From assembly GCA_016191525.1 (NCBI GenBank), contig JACPOK010000038.1, forward strand, positions 100,973 to 164,972: DNA of 64,000 bases, given 5' to 3'. Numbering within the stretch: the first letter of the stretch is position 1; every line of letters begins with the position of its first letter. Below the pieces are notes generated by a model. It was not told the DNA's origin and made no database searches. It saw only the letters and a list, made by a program, of their open reading frames with translations. This document shows, in pieces, positions 19,901 through 32,828 of the stretch. This DNA is from Burkholderiales bacterium. Lineage in GTDB: Bacteria; Pseudomonadota; Gammaproteobacteria; Burkholderiales; Burkholderiaceae_C. Both the position numbers and the translations under genes were made by a program.

Positions 19901-20540
19901 GGATGTGGGTGGTTTGCGCCGCCGCGACTTTATCGCGGCCGCCTTAGCTGGCAGTTACACGGTGGCCCTGCGGGCCGCCGGGGAAAGCACCATCCTGGTC
20001 CTGGGCGACTCGCTCAGCGCCGAGTATGGCCTGAAGCGGGGCGCGGGCTGGGTGGCCCTGCTGGAATCGCGCCTGGCGGCCGGAAAAATCCCCGCCCGGG
20101 TTGTGAACGCCAGCATCAGCGGCGAAACCACTTCGGGCGGCCGCTCACGGCTGGCCGCCCTGCTGGCGCAGCACAAGCCCACGCACGTGGTCATCGAACT
20201 GGGCGGCAACGACGCGCTGCGCGGCCTGCCCCTGGGCAACACCGAGGAAAACCTGTCGCAGATGACGCAGGCGGCGCAAAAAGCCGGCGCGCGCGTGCTG
20301 CTCGTCGGCATGCAGGTGCCGCCCAACTACGGCGCCGACTACAGTCGGCGCTTCGCCGGCCTGTTCGAGAAGGTGGCGAAGGTACACGAGGCGAGCCTGG
20401 TGCCTTTCCTGCTCAAGGGCGTGGCCGATGGCGACGACGCCGTGAAGATGTTCCAGCCGGATCGCATCCACCCCCGGGCCGAGGCCCACCCGGCGATGCT
20501 GGACAACGTCTGGCCTGAGCTGAAGAAGCTGCTCAAGTGA
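19899..20540 (+). CDS. tesA: Arylesterase / acyl-CoA thioesterase I (SGNH hydrolase)
   Basis: GDSLS, NASISGETT, ELGGND, DRIHP; RRRDF Tat-like N-terminus. Start reassigned to 19899. Confidence 0.9.
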
Positions 20541-21598
20541 CGGTGCAGGTCATTTCCGCGGCGGAGGCGGTGGCCCGGTTGGGTGAGTTCGGGGGCATCC
20601 TGGACGCCCGCAGCGAAGCCGAGTATGCCGATGACCACCTTCCGGGCGCGCTCAACTGGCCCACCCTGAACAACGAAGAGCGCAAGCTGGTCGGGACGAT
20701 CTACGCCCAGATCAGCCCGTTCGAAGCGCAAAAACGCGGCGCGGCGCTGGCGGCGGCCAACATCGCACGCCATATCGAGCGCGAGGTGATCGACAAGCCC
20801 AAAAGCTGGCAGCCGCTGGCGTACTGCTGGCGCGGCGGCAAGCGCAGCGGATCGCTGGCACTGGTACTGGACCAGATCGGCTTTCGCGTGCACATCATCC
20901 AGGGCGGCTACAAGGCATTCCGCGGCGCCGTGCTGGCCGACCTGCCCCGCATGGCGGCGCGGCTGCAATACCGCGTGGTGTGCGGCCCCACGGGGTCGGG
21001 CAAGACGCGCCTTTTGCATGCGCTGCAGGCGGCCGGCGCGCAGGTGCTGGATTTGGAGGCCCTGGCCAGCCATCGCGCGTCGGTGCTGGGCTCGATTCCC
21101 GGCGTGCCCCAGCCCAGCCCCAAGCGCTTCGATACGCTGGTCTGGGACAAGCTGCGCAGCTTCGACGCGGCGCGCCCGGTGTTCGTGGAAAGCGAGAGCA
21201 AGAAGGTCGGCGACCTGACGGTGCCGGACGCGCTGATCGCCGCCATGCGTGCGAGCCCCTGCCTGCGGCTGGAATTGCCGCTGGACGAGCGCGTGGGCCT
21301 GCTGCTGGAGGACTATGACGGCTTCGTCAAGGACAGCGACCTGTTCTGCGACCGGCTGGCCGTGTTGACGGCCTTGCGCGGCAAGGCCGTGGTGCAGGGA
21401 TGGATAGACCAGGTCAGGGCGGGCCAGACCGAAGCCGTGGTGCGCGACCTGCTGCTGAAGCACTACGACCCGGGGTACTTGTCGTCGATACAGCGCAACT
21501 TCGCGCAGTACGCGGCCGCCAAACCGGTGTTGGCAAAAGACCGTTCCATCGCCACCCTGGCCGGACTGGCACAGCAAATCCTGGAGGAATCATCATGA
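20537..21598 (+). CDS. mnmH: tRNA 2-selenouridine(34) synthase
   Basis: Rhodanese domain with YCWRGGKRS, Walker A GPTGSGKT, LDLEALASHRASVLG, VESESKKVG. Confidence 0.92.
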   Translation: MTVQVISAAEAVARLGEFGGILDARSEAEYADDHLPGALNWPTLNNEERKLVGTIYAQISPFEAQKRGAALAAANIARHIEREVIDKPKSWQPLAYCWRGGKRSGSLALVLDQIGFRVHIIQGGYKAFRGAVLADLPRMAARLQYRVVCGPTGSGKTRLLHALQAAGAQVLDLEALASHRASVLGSIPGVPQPSPKRFDTLVWDKLRSFDAARPVFVESESKKVGDLTVPDALIAAMRASPCLRLELPLDERVGLLLEDYDGFVKDSDLFCDRLAVLTALRGKAVVQGWIDQVRAGQTEAVVRDLLLKHYDPGYLSSIQRNFAQYAAAKPVLAKDRSIATLAGLAQQILEESS

Positions 21599-22704
21599 AG
21601 CGCCTGTTGATCGCGGTGGGGGCCGCCGTGCTGGCCCTGGTGGCCTACCTGGCTTTCTGGCCGGTGCCGATCGAGCCCGTCACCTGGGCGGCGCCCGTGG
21701 CCCCGGGCTACGCAGGCCCCTACGCGATCAACAACAAGCTGGCCGGAATGCAGATGATCTCGCTGGGCGCCGACAGCGGGCCTGAGCATGTCGCGATCGG
21801 GCCGGACGGCAAGCTGTACACCACGGTCGCCAGCGGCAACATCCTGCGGATGAACACGGACGGCAGTGCGCTGGAAGTGTTTGCCACGACCGGCGGACGC
21901 GTGCTGGGCTTTGATTTCGACGCGGCCGGCAACCTGGTCGCGGCCGACGCCTACCTCGGCCTGCTTTCCATTGGCGCCGACCGCAAGGTGAAGGTGCTGG
22001 CCGACCAGGTCGGCGGTGACCCCATCCGTTACGCCGACGCCGTTGTCGTCGCCAAAAACGGCAAGATCTATTTCACCGATGCCTCCACCCGTTTTGGCGC
22101 CAAGCAATGGGGCGGCACTTTCGAAGCCAGTGTGCTCGACATCCTGGAGCAGTCGTCCAGCGGGCGGGTGCTCGAATACGACCCCGCCAGCCAGGCCACC
22201 CGCGTGGTCGCCAGCGGCCTGGCCTTCGCCAACGGCCTGGCGCTCAGCCAGGACGGGCAGCAGCTGTTCGTGGCCGAAACCGGCAAATACCGCCTGTGGA
22301 AGATTCCCGCGAGCGCTGGCAAACTGGACCTGGCTGGCAGCGGCGCGGCACAAGCCGTGCTGTTGTTCGACAACCTGCCCGGCTACCCCGACAACCTGAT
22401 GCGCGGGCTGGATGGCAAGATCTGGGTCGGCCTCGTGAAGCCGCGCAACGCGACGGTGGACAAGCTGGCGGGCCAGCCGTTCATGCGCAAGCTCACGCTG
22501 CGGCTGCCCCGGGCGCTATGGCCCATCCCCCCGGCCTATGGCCATGTGATGGCGTTCACTGAAGATGGGAAGGTGGTGGCGGACCTGCAGGATCCTTCGG
22601 GGGCCTACCCGGAGACCACGGGTGTCACGGAAACGGCGGACCGCCTGTACATCCAGAGCCTGCATGCCAAGGCGCTGGGCTGGCTGCCGCGGGCGAAACT
22701 TTAA
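21595..22704 (+). CDS. SMP-30/gluconolactonase/strictosidine-synthase-like beta-propeller with N-terminal anchor
   Basis: GPEHVA, GRVLG, YFTDAS, FANGLALS, NLPGYPDN. ATGA overlap with mnmH. Confidence 0.85.
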   Translation: MKRLLIAVGAAVLALVAYLAFWPVPIEPVTWAAPVAPGYAGPYAINNKLAGMQMISLGADSGPEHVAIGPDGKLYTTVASGNILRMNTDGSALEVFATTGGRVLGFDFDAAGNLVAADAYLGLLSIGADRKVKVLADQVGGDPIRYADAVVVAKNGKIYFTDASTRFGAKQWGGTFEASVLDILEQSSSGRVLEYDPASQATRVVASGLAFANGLALSQDGQQLFVAETGKYRLWKIPASAGKLDLAGSGAAQAVLLFDNLPGYPDNLMRGLDGKIWVGLVKPRNATVDKLAGQPFMRKLTLRLPRALWPIPPAYGHVMAFTEDGKVVADLQDPSGAYPETTGVTETADRLYIQSLHAKALGWLPRAKL

Positions 22705-22721
22705 GCTTGCCGGCCTGCGGT

Positions 22722-22904
22722 TCAGGGCTGCGGGGTGGAGCCCGGCTGCGGCGGCACGGCGCCACCCTCCTGGCCTTCATCCGGGGAATCGCCCTCGGGC
22801 CCGCCGGTCTTGCGGTCCGCCTTGGCCTTGAGCTTGTCTTCCTTCTTGCGCTTTTTGGCCAGCTCTTTTTGCCGTTTTTCGTATCCGTAATTGGGTGTGG
22901 CCAC
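22722..22904 (-). CDS. Small basic hypothetical protein (60 aa)
   Basis: GTG start: MATPNYGYEKRQKELAKKRKKEDKLKAK..., with a GGGGGA SD-like sequence upstream. Confidence 0.6.
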   Translation of the reverse strand: MATPNYGYEKRQKELAKKRKKEDKLKAKADRKTGGPEGDSPDEGQEGGAVPPQPGSTPQP

Positions 22905-22971
22905 TGGCAAATCCGTTTGGTTGGTCGATGGGGGGACTTTAAGGCATAAAGACGCCCCGGAACAGTGCGCG

Positions 22972-24177
22972 CTAAGCCATTTTCCCCAAGGCCTGCTCCA
23001 GGTCGGCCCGCAGGTCTTGCGGGGCCTCCAGCCCCACCGAAAAGCGCACCAGGACGCCCTTGTGCGGCCAGGCGCGGCGCATGGCGGGGATGTCATAGGG
23101 CACGACCAGGCTGATCGGCCCGCCCCAGGAATAGCCGAGCTTGAAGAGGCGCAGCGCGTCACAAAATGCATCGACCTGGCCGGCGCCGTAACGGGGGTCG
23201 AAAATCACGGAGAACAAACCTGCCGCAAGGCCGCCGTCCTCGCCACCGCACAGGGCATCCCAGTGCGCGTGGCCCGGCGAGCCTTCGAAAGCGGGATGCA
23301 GCAGTTGCGCGATTTCGGGCCGCCCCTTCAGCCATGCCGCCAGTTCCCGGGCCGCGAGATCGTGCGCGCGGTAGCGCAGTGCGATGCTGGGCAGCGAACG
23401 CAGCACCGCTTCGGCGTCGTTGGCCGCCACGCCCCAGCCCATCCGCATGTGCGTGAGCTTGAGGCGCTCGTGCAAGGCACCGTCACGGGTGACGATGCTG
23501 CCCATGAGCACATCCCCGCCGCCGCTGGGGTACTTGGTGAGGGCCTGCACCACGATGTCGGCACCGCTGCCGGCCACCTGCCTGTCGCCGCGGCCCAGGT
23601 CGAAGCCGTTGAAGGCCAGGCCCGCGCCCCAGGTGTTGTCCAGCGCCGTGAGCACACCCCGCTGGCGGCACACCTGCGCCAGGTGCGCCAGCGGCACGAA
23701 CTCCATGGTCACCGAGCCCGGCGCCTCCAGCCAGACCAGCCGGGTGCGCGAACTGATTCGCGCGGCGAGGTCGGCCGGGTCCATGGGGTCATACAGCTGG
23801 TGCGTGATGCCCCAGTTGGCAAGCTCGCCTTCGGCCAGCGCCTTGCCGGGACCGTACGCGTTATCGGGCAGCAGCACTTCGTCGCCCGCCTTCAGCAGGG
23901 CCATGTCGACGTTGGCGATGGCGGCCAGGCCGCTGGGCACCAGGATGCAGTGCCTGCCCGCTTCCAGCGTGGCGATGCGCTCCTCCAGCATGAAGGTGGT
24001 GGGCGTGCCGTGCAGGCCGTAGGTGTAGCCGCTCTTGTGCTTCCAGTCGCGCGAGCGCATCGCCGCGACGTTTTTGAAGATGACGGTGGACGCCTTGAAG
24101 ACGCCCGGCTGCGGCGCGGAAAAACCGGCCGGCGGGAGGTAGGGATGGTGGATGAGGTCGGTGACTGGATTGCTCAT
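22972..24177 (-). CDS. metC: Cystathionine beta-lyase (PLP-dependent)
   Basis: YGLHGTPT, VPSGLAAI, DNTW, QALTKYPSG, YSWGG. Confidence 0.88.
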   Translation of the reverse strand: MSNPVTDLIHHPYLPPAGFSAPQPGVFKASTVIFKNVAAMRSRDWKHKSGYTYGLHGTPTTFMLEERIATLEAGRHCILVPSGLAAIANVDMALLKAGDEVLLPDNAYGPGKALAEGELANWGITHQLYDPMDPADLAARISSRTRLVWLEAPGSVTMEFVPLAHLAQVCRQRGVLTALDNTWGAGLAFNGFDLGRGDRQVAGSGADIVVQALTKYPSGGGDVLMGSIVTRDGALHERLKLTHMRMGWGVAANDAEAVLRSLPSIALRYRAHDLAARELAAWLKGRPEIAQLLHPAFEGSPGHAHWDALCGGEDGGLAAGLFSVIFDPRYGAGQVDAFCDALRLFKLGYSWGGPISLVVPYDIPAMRRAWPHKGVLVRFSVGLEAPQDLRADLEQALGKMA

Positions 24178-24214
24178 GCAGCCATGTTATCCGGCCCCGC
24201 GCCGCTTCGCTGCG

Positions 24215-24739
24215 CTAGACCTTCCACTTGGCCAGCAGCTTCTCCGGGCCCATGCTGTCGTAGCCCTCGAAGGGCTGGTGGATCCACGGGTTGGTGGGGA
24301 GGAACTCCACCGAATAATCGGGCGTGAACTTCGACAGGCCCTTGGTCCAGATCACCGCGCTGCGCAGCTCGGTGATCGGCGCGTAGTTGTTGCGCAGCAT
24401 GTCGATGACGGCGTTGAGCGTGTGGCCCGAATCCGCCAGGTCGTCGACCAGCAGCACCTTGCCGGCGATCTCGCCCTTCGGCGTCGTGATGTAGCGGGCG
24501 ATGTCCAGGTGGCCCTGGATGGTGCCGGCGTCGGCGCGGTACGAACTGGTGGACATGATGGCCAGCGGCTTGTCGAACACCCGCGACAGGATGTCGCCGG
24601 GCCGCATGCCGCCGCGCGCCAGGCACAGGATGGTGTCGAACTGCCAGCCCGACTGGTGCACCTTGATCGCAAGCTTCTCGATCAGGTTGTGGTATTCGTC
24701 ATAGCTTACGTACAGGTGCTTGCCGTCTTCCGTCAACAT
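24215..24739 (-). CDS. Purine phosphoribosyltransferase-like protein
   Basis: LARGG and the VLLVDDLADSGHT PRPP-binding motif. Confidence 0.85.
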   Translation of the reverse strand: MLTEDGKHLYVSYDEYHNLIEKLAIKVHQSGWQFDTILCLARGGMRPGDILSRVFDKPLAIMSTSSYRADAGTIQGHLDIARYITTPKGEIAGKVLLVDDLADSGHTLNAVIDMLRNNYAPITELRSAVIWTKGLSKFTPDYSVEFLPTNPWIHQPFEGYDSMGPEKLLAKWKV

Positions 24740-24756
24740 GGGTGGGGCTCCGGTTT

Positions 24757-27274
<2,518 letters not shown>

Positions 27275-27342
27275 GATTTTGGGAGGCTGTTAAAAACGGT
27301 ATTTTACCGGGCTCCCGGAGCGGCCCCGCCGGCCGCCGCGGT

Positions 27343-27531
27343 TCAGGACAGGAACCAGAGCATCGCCAGCCCGATCAGCATGCTGCACAGGCCGAAGAAA
27401 CGCAGCTGCCCGTCCTGCAGGGTCAGCAGCTTCTCGAAGGTGCGGCGCCAGCCGCCGGGGGAGATGAAAGGCAGCAGGCCCTCGAGCACCAGCACCAGGG
27501 CCATGGCGGCCCACAGGACGTTGCTGTCCAA
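27343..27531 (-). CDS. DUF2065 (YjeT-like) small membrane protein
   Basis: TTG start; LVLEGLLPFISPGGWR...LRFFGL; follows hflC. Confidence 0.8.
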   Translation of the reverse strand: MDSNVLWAAMALVLVLEGLLPFISPGGWRRTFEKLLTLQDGQLRFFGLCSMLIGLAMLWFLS

Positions 27532-27535
27532 GCGG

Positions 27536-28441
27536 CTACTTCCGGCCGGAGGGCGCGGCGGCCGGCGCGGCATTGCCGCGCAGCGCCTTGAAGAACTCCG
27601 AGCCGGCCGGGTCCAGCACCATCATGTCGCCCTTCTTGTTGAAGGTGGACTTGTAGGCTTCCAGGCTGCGGTAGAACTGCGCGAACTGCGGGTCGCGGCC
27701 GAATGACTCGGCGTAAATCGCCGAGGCCTTCGCATCGCCTTCGCCCTTGACCTTCTGCGCGTCGCGGTAGGCCTCGGCCAGGATCACCTCGCGCTGGCGG
27801 TCGGCATCGGCGCGCACCTTTTCGCCTTCGGCCTGGCCGGTGGAACGCAGTTCGTTGGCCACCTGCTTGCGCTCGGATTCCATGCGGCGGTAGACCGAGT
27901 CCACCACTTCCTTGGGGTAGTCCACGCGCTTGATGCGCACGTCGACGATCTCGATGCCGAAGGTCTTGGCGTCGTCGGCCAGGCGCTTCTGCACGCCCTG
28001 CATGACCTTTTCGCGCTCGCCGGCCAGCAGGTCGCGCACGGTGCGCTTGTTGACTTCGTTCTTCAGCGCGTCCTGCACCACGGAGGTGAGGCGGCTTTCG
28101 GCGGTGGTGATGTTCACGCCGCCGGAGTTGTTGCGGATGAACTGCTTGGCGTCGGCGATGCGCCACTTCACCAGCCAGTCGATCACCAGGTTCTTCTTCT
28201 CGGCGGTCTGGATGGAGCCGGTTTCCGGGCTGTCCAGCGTGAGCACGCGGCGGTCCAGGAACACCACGTTCTGGAACGGCGGCGGCAGCTTGAAGCGCAG
28301 GCCGGGCTCGGTGATCACTTCCTTGATCTGGCCGAACGAATAGACCACGCCGAACTGGCGCTGGTCCACCACGAAAAGCATGGAGCTGAGCAGCGCGAGC
28401 GCCAGCAGCACGGTGGAGATGACGAATCCGATTCTGTTCAT
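27536..28441 (-). CDS. hflC: FtsH protease modulator HflC
   Basis: SPFH domain, RMESER, QFYRSLEAY. Confidence 0.94.
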   Translation of the reverse strand: MNRIGFVISTVLLALALLSSMLFVVDQRQFGVVYSFGQIKEVITEPGLRFKLPPPFQNVVFLDRRVLTLDSPETGSIQTAEKKNLVIDWLVKWRIADAKQFIRNNSGGVNITTAESRLTSVVQDALKNEVNKRTVRDLLAGEREKVMQGVQKRLADDAKTFGIEIVDVRIKRVDYPKEVVDSVYRRMESERKQVANELRSTGQAEGEKVRADADRQREVILAEAYRDAQKVKGEGDAKASAIYAESFGRDPQFAQFYRSLEAYKSTFNKKGDMMVLDPAGSEFFKALRGNAAPAAAPSGRK

Positions 28442-28450
28442 TTTGAAGGG

Positions 28451-28522
28451 GGCCTCCGCAGAGCCGCCTCAAGGAGGTCACGGCCCCCCGTGGGGGCAGC
28501 GAACGTAAGTGAGCGTGGGGGC
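28451..28522 (-). repeat. Structured GC-rich REP/MITE-like element between hflK and hflC
   Basis: Reverse complement GCCCCCACGCTCACTTACGTTCGCTGCCCCCACGGGGGGCCGTGACCTCCTTGAGGCGGCTCTGCGGAGGCC. It has several stems (CCCCC/GGGGG; CCTCC/GGAGG). Resembles, from memory, an intergenic Burkholderiales repeat. Single copy in this window. Confidence 0.5.
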
Positions 28523-28531
28523 ATGTCAGTC

Positions 28532-29857
28532 CTATCGCGTTTCGCGTTCGCGGGTGCGCGAGTTGTCGCGGGCACGGGCATCGCCGGAGATCACCGGCGG
28601 GGCGGCGGGAACGGCGGGCGTGGCGGCGGGCGCGGCGGCCGGCTCGGGCACCTGCGCCGTCTGCTGCAGGATCTTGTCCAGCGGCAGGTACAGCAGGTTG
28701 GTACCCTTGCTGGAGTCGACCAGCACCTTGGTCACGCTGCTGTAGATCTGCTGCATCGCGTCGATGTACATGCGGTCGCGGGTGACCTGCGGCGCCTTCT
28801 GGTATTCATTGAGCACCGAACGGAAGCGCTGCGCATCGCCCTCGGCCTGCGCCAGGATGCGCGACTTGTAGCCGTCGGATTCTTCCTTCAGCCGCGCGGC
28901 GGCGCCCTTGGCGCGGGGGATCACGTCGTTGGCGTAGGCCTGGCCTTCGTTCTTCAGCCGGTCACGGTCCTGGCCGGCCTTGAGCGCATCGTCGAACGCG
29001 GCCTGCACCTGCTCGGGCGGCTGCACGTTCTGGATGTTGACGTTCTGCACCTCGATGCCGGTCTTGTAGCGGTCCATCTGGAACTGGATCGACTTGGCCA
29101 CGTCGCGCTGGATGTTCTCGCTGTTGCGGCCCAGCACGTCGTCCATGTTGACGCGGCCCACCACCTCGCGCACCGCCGATTCGGCCGCGCGGATCACCGC
29201 GTCGTCGGGGTTGCGGTTCTCGAACAGGAATTGCGCCGCGCTCTTCAGGCGGTACTGGATGGTGAAGCGCACGTCCACGATGTTCTCGTCCTGCGTGAGC
29301 ATGGACGATTCGCGCAGGCCGGTGGACTGCACCACGTTGTTGCGGCCGATCTCCACCGAGCGCAGCTGGGTGAGGTTCACGGTTTCGTGGCGCTGGATGG
29401 GATAAGGCAGGCGCCAGTTGAAGCCGGCCTCCACCGTGGAGTGGTACTTGCCGAACTGGGTGACAACGCCCTGCTGGCCTTCCTGCACTATGAAGAAACC
29501 GGTGCCCAGCCAGATCAGCACCACCACCACCGCCACCACCAGGGCGCCGATGCCGGCCGAGCGCATGTCGGGCTGGAAGCCGCCGCCATTGCCGCCGCCG
29601 AAACCATTGCCTCCGCCGCCTTCGGTGCGGCGGCCCTTGCCGCCGAACAGCCCGCCGAGCTTGCGGTTGAAATCGCGCCACAGCTCGTCCAGGTCGGGCG
29701 GGCCCTGGTTGGGGCCCTTGGGCGGGCCGCCTTCGGGCTTGTTGCCTTCGGCGGACTTGTCGTCACCCCGGCCCCAGCGCGGGTCGTTCAGGTTGAACAT
29801 GCCCCTGATCCGGCCTTTCAGCCCGGCCCAGGGCAGGCTGCGTAAATGGAGGTTCAT
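28532..29857 (-). CDS. hflK: FtsH protease modulator HflK
   Basis: LNDPRWG, GPPDLDELW, PPEQVQAAFDD, APQVTRDRMY. Start 29857 or 29800. Confidence 0.94.
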   Translation of the reverse strand: MNLHLRSLPWAGLKGRIRGMFNLNDPRWGRGDDKSAEGNKPEGGPPKGPNQGPPDLDELWRDFNRKLGGLFGGKGRRTEGGGGNGFGGGNGGGFQPDMRSAGIGALVVAVVVVLIWLGTGFFIVQEGQQGVVTQFGKYHSTVEAGFNWRLPYPIQRHETVNLTQLRSVEIGRNNVVQSTGLRESSMLTQDENIVDVRFTIQYRLKSAAQFLFENRNPDDAVIRAAESAVREVVGRVNMDDVLGRNSENIQRDVAKSIQFQMDRYKTGIEVQNVNIQNVQPPEQVQAAFDDALKAGQDRDRLKNEGQAYANDVIPRAKGAAARLKEESDGYKSRILAQAEGDAQRFRSVLNEYQKAPQVTRDRMYIDAMQQIYSSVTKVLVDSSKGTNLLYLPLDKILQQTAQVPEPAAAPAATPAVPAAPPVISGDARARDNSRTRERETR

Positions 29858-29897
29858 GCGCTCTTGGTTTCTTGTTGTGCCGCCCGATTGTGCCCAA

Positions 29898-31088
29898 TCA
29901 GGCCGGGCTATCGGTGAATTCAGGGGCATCTTGCAGGGGCATGTCGTCGGGCGGCCGGGCAGCCGCCCCGGCCAGCAGGCGGCGCAGCTCGGGCAGCCCC
30001 TGGCCGGTGCGGGCGCTGGCGAAGACCCGCGGCACCGCCACGCCCTCGAGCTCATAGGTGTCACTGGCCTGCAGCGGCTGGCGGCCTTCTTCCAGCGCGT
30101 CGATCTTGTTGAACACCAGCATCTGGGGCACTCCGGCGGCGCCGATCTCGTGCAGCACGCGCTGCACCTCGTCGATCTGTTCCTGGAAGCCGGGGTTGGC
30201 GGCGTCCACCACGTGCAGCAGCAGGTCGGCATCCACGGCTTCCTGCAGAGTGGCCTGGAAAGCGGCGATCAGGCCGTGCGGCAAATCGCGGATGAAACCC
30301 ACGGTGTCCGACAGCGAAACCGAGCGGCCTCCGCCCTGCCCGCTGTCATCGGCGTTCGCCAGGTACAGCTGGCGGGTGGTGGTGTCCAGGGTGGCGAACA
30401 GCTGGTCGGCCGCATAGGCGCGGGCCTTGACCAGCGCGTTGAACAGCGTGGACTTGCCGGCATTGGTGTAGCCGACCAGGGAGATATTGAAGGCGCCCTG
30501 CCGCTCGCGGTGCCGGCGCTGGGTCTGGCGCTGTTTCTTCAGCTTGCCCAGGCGCTCCTTGGTGCGCTTGATGGCCTCGCCGATCATGCGGCGGTCCAGC
30601 TCGATCTGCTTTTCGCCCGGGCCGCCGCGCAGGCCCTGGCCGCCGGTCTGGCGCTCCAGGTGGGACCAGCGGCGCACCAGCCGGGTGGAAACGTATTGCA
30701 GCCGCGCCAGCTCGACCTGCAGCTTGCCCTCGTGGCTGCGGGCCCGCTGGGCGAAGATCTGCAGGATCAGCAGTGTGCGGTCATTGACCGGCAGGCCCAG
30801 GTGCTTTTCCAGGTTGCGCTGCTGGGCCGGGCTGAGCGACTGGTCGAACAGCACCTCCTGGGCGCCCGTCTGCTCGGCCAGCAGCCGGATTTCGTCCGCC
30901 TTGCCGCTGCCGATGAAAAGCGCCGCATCAGGCGCCTTGCGCTTGCAGGTGACGCGGGCCACCGGGTCCATGCCGGCGGTCTGCGCGAGCAGGCCGAGCT
31001 CTTCGAGGCCAGTATCGAAATGGGGGAGCCCGAGGTCCACCCCGACAAGGATGGTGGGCGCCGCCGTGCGGTCGTTGGTCGTATTCAG
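29898..31088 (-). CDS. hflX: Ribosome-associated GTPase HflX
   Basis: [33 protein letters not shown]. The frame extends upstream of GTG 31040 (TILVGVDLG) to a CTG at 31088. Confidence 0.92.
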   Translation of the reverse strand: MNTTNDRTAAPTILVGVDLGLPHFDTGLEELGLLAQTAGMDPVARVTCKRKAPDAALFIGSGKADEIRLLAEQTGAQEVLFDQSLSPAQQRNLEKHLGLPVNDRTLLILQIFAQRARSHEGKLQVELARLQYVSTRLVRRWSHLERQTGGQGLRGGPGEKQIELDRRMIGEAIKRTKERLGKLKKQRQTQRRHRERQGAFNISLVGYTNAGKSTLFNALVKARAYAADQLFATLDTTTRQLYLANADDSGQGGGRSVSLSDTVGFIRDLPHGLIAAFQATLQEAVDADLLLHVVDAANPGFQEQIDEVQRVLHEIGAAGVPQMLVFNKIDALEEGRQPLQASDTYELEGVAVPRVFASARTGQGLPELRRLLAGAAARPPDDMPLQDAPEFTDSPA

Positions 31089-31333
31089 GGGGCGGGTGCG
31101 TCTGTGCCCTCGGCCGCCGAGAAGTTGACGGCGCGCCCGGGCACGATGGTGGAGATGGCGTGCTTGTAGACCATCTGGGTCACGGTGTTGCGCAACAGCA
31201 CAACGTATTGATCAAAAGACTCAATCTGGCCCTGCAGCTTGATGCCGTTGACGAGGTAAATCGACACCGGCACATGCTCGCGACGCAGGGTGTTGAGGAA
31301 TGGGTCTTGTAGTAGCTGCCCTTTGTTGCTCAC
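31085..31333 (-). CDS. hfq: RNA chaperone Hfq
   Basis: [25 protein letters not shown]. Confidence 0.98.
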   Translation of the reverse strand: MSNKGQLLQDPFLNTLRREHVPVSIYLVNGIKLQGQIESFDQYVVLLRNTVTQMVYKHAISTIVPGRAVNFSAAEGTDAPAP

Positions 31334-31472
31334 GATATTGCTCCGTGTTCTGAAAAGTGTTGTTGGAATATCACCTTACCACAGCGAAAGCACCGTGCAA
31401 GTAGTCCAACGCCGAAAACCCGGCCCTGGCTGAAGGGCAGTTTGGGGCCCTGCCCGCGACTTCAAGGGCGGG

Positions 31473-32816
31473 CTAGTCCGAGTCCTTGCCGGCGTACGGA
31501 TTTTTCGAGCTTTTCATCTCGATCCGCAGGGGCGTGCCGGTCAGGCTGAATTCCTTGCGGAAGCGCCCTTCCAGGAATCGTTTGTAGGACTCGGTCACAT
31601 GTTCCAGCGAATTGCCGTGCACCACGATGATCGGCGGATTCATCCCACCCTGGTGCGCGTAACGCAACTTCGGGCGGAACATGCCGGCGCGCTGGGGCGC
31701 CTGGAACTGCACCGCCTCCAGCAGCAGGCGGGTCAGCACCGGCGTGGGCATCTTGATCATGGCCGAGCGGTGGGCCGCGGCGATGGACGTCCAGACCGGC
31801 CCCAGGCCCTGTCGCTTCTTCGCGGAAATCAGGTGCATGGGCGCGAATTTCAGGAAGGCCAGGCGCAGCTCGACAGAACGCTGCAACTGCTCGCGCTGGT
31901 AGGCGTCCACGGCGTCCCATTTGTTGATGGCCAGCACCACGGCGCGCCCGCTCTCCAGGATGTAGCCCGCGATATGGGCGTCCTGGTCGGTCACGCCCTG
32001 CGTCGCGTCCAGCAGCAGCAGGACCACGTTGGCCGATTCAATTGCCTGCAGCGTCTTGACCACCGAGAACTTCTCGATGGCCTCGAACACCTTGCCCTTG
32101 CGGCGCAGCCCGGCCGTGTCGATCAGCTCGAACTTCTGGCCGCCGCGCTCGAACGGCACGCTGATGGCGTCGCGCGTGGTGCCCGGCAGGTCGAAGGCCA
32201 CCAGCCGCTCCTCGCCCAGCCAGGTGTTGATCAGGGTGGACTTGCCCACGTTGGGCCGGCCGGCCACGGCCAGCTTGATGACGCCCGGCTCCTCGGCTTC
32301 GCCCGCTTCGTCCGGGTCGGGCAGGTTCAGCGGCTCCAGCGCCACCTCGACAAGGTCACGGATCCCCTGCCCGTGCGCCGCCGAGATGGGGTGCACCTCG
32401 CCCAGGCCCAGCTCGTAGAACTCCGTCAGCTGGATGCCTTCGGTCATGCCCTCGGCCTTGTTGGCGGCAAGCACCGTCGGCTTGCCCAGCTTGCGCAGGT
32501 AGTTCGCGATGTCGTGGTCTTGCGCGGACAGGCCGGCACGGCCATCGACCACGAAGATCACAACATCGGCCTCGGCCACGGCCTGGCGCGTCTGCTTGGC
32601 CATCTCCATGTAGATGCCGCTCTCGGCCGTCGGCTCGAAGCCGCCGGTGTCGATGGCGATGTATTCGTGCCTGCCCTGCCTGCCGTTGCCGTAATGGCGG
32701 TCGCGCGTCAGGCCCGCGAAGTCGGCCACGATCGCATCGCGCGACTTGGTCAGCCGGTTGAAAAGCGTCGACTTGCCAACGTTGGGGCGGCCCACCAGGG
32801 CGATGACTGGTTTCAT
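31473..32816 (-). CDS. der: Ribosome biogenesis GTPase Der
   Basis: Two GRPNVGKS P-loops and a KH-like C-terminus. Confidence 0.97.
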   Translation of the reverse strand: MKPVIALVGRPNVGKSTLFNRLTKSRDAIVADFAGLTRDRHYGNGRQGRHEYIAIDTGGFEPTAESGIYMEMAKQTRQAVAEADVVIFVVDGRAGLSAQDHDIANYLRKLGKPTVLAANKAEGMTEGIQLTEFYELGLGEVHPISAAHGQGIRDLVEVALEPLNLPDPDEAGEAEEPGVIKLAVAGRPNVGKSTLINTWLGEERLVAFDLPGTTRDAISVPFERGGQKFELIDTAGLRRKGKVFEAIEKFSVVKTLQAIESANVVLLLLDATQGVTDQDAHIAGYILESGRAVVLAINKWDAVDAYQREQLQRSVELRLAFLKFAPMHLISAKKRQGLGPVWTSIAAAHRSAMIKMPTPVLTRLLLEAVQFQAPQRAGMFRPKLRYAHQGGMNPPIIVVHGNSLEHVTESYKRFLEGRFRKEFSLTGTPLRIEMKSSKNPYAGKDSD

Positions 32817-32828
32817 CGGGCCGCGGGA

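Noticed and set aside
22940-22990. GAAAATGGCTTAGCGCGCAC at the metC stop, with a 13-mer shared with 59914-59926
   Set aside because: It resembles only the 5' end of the repeat; a single short exact match is not enough without a statistical test.
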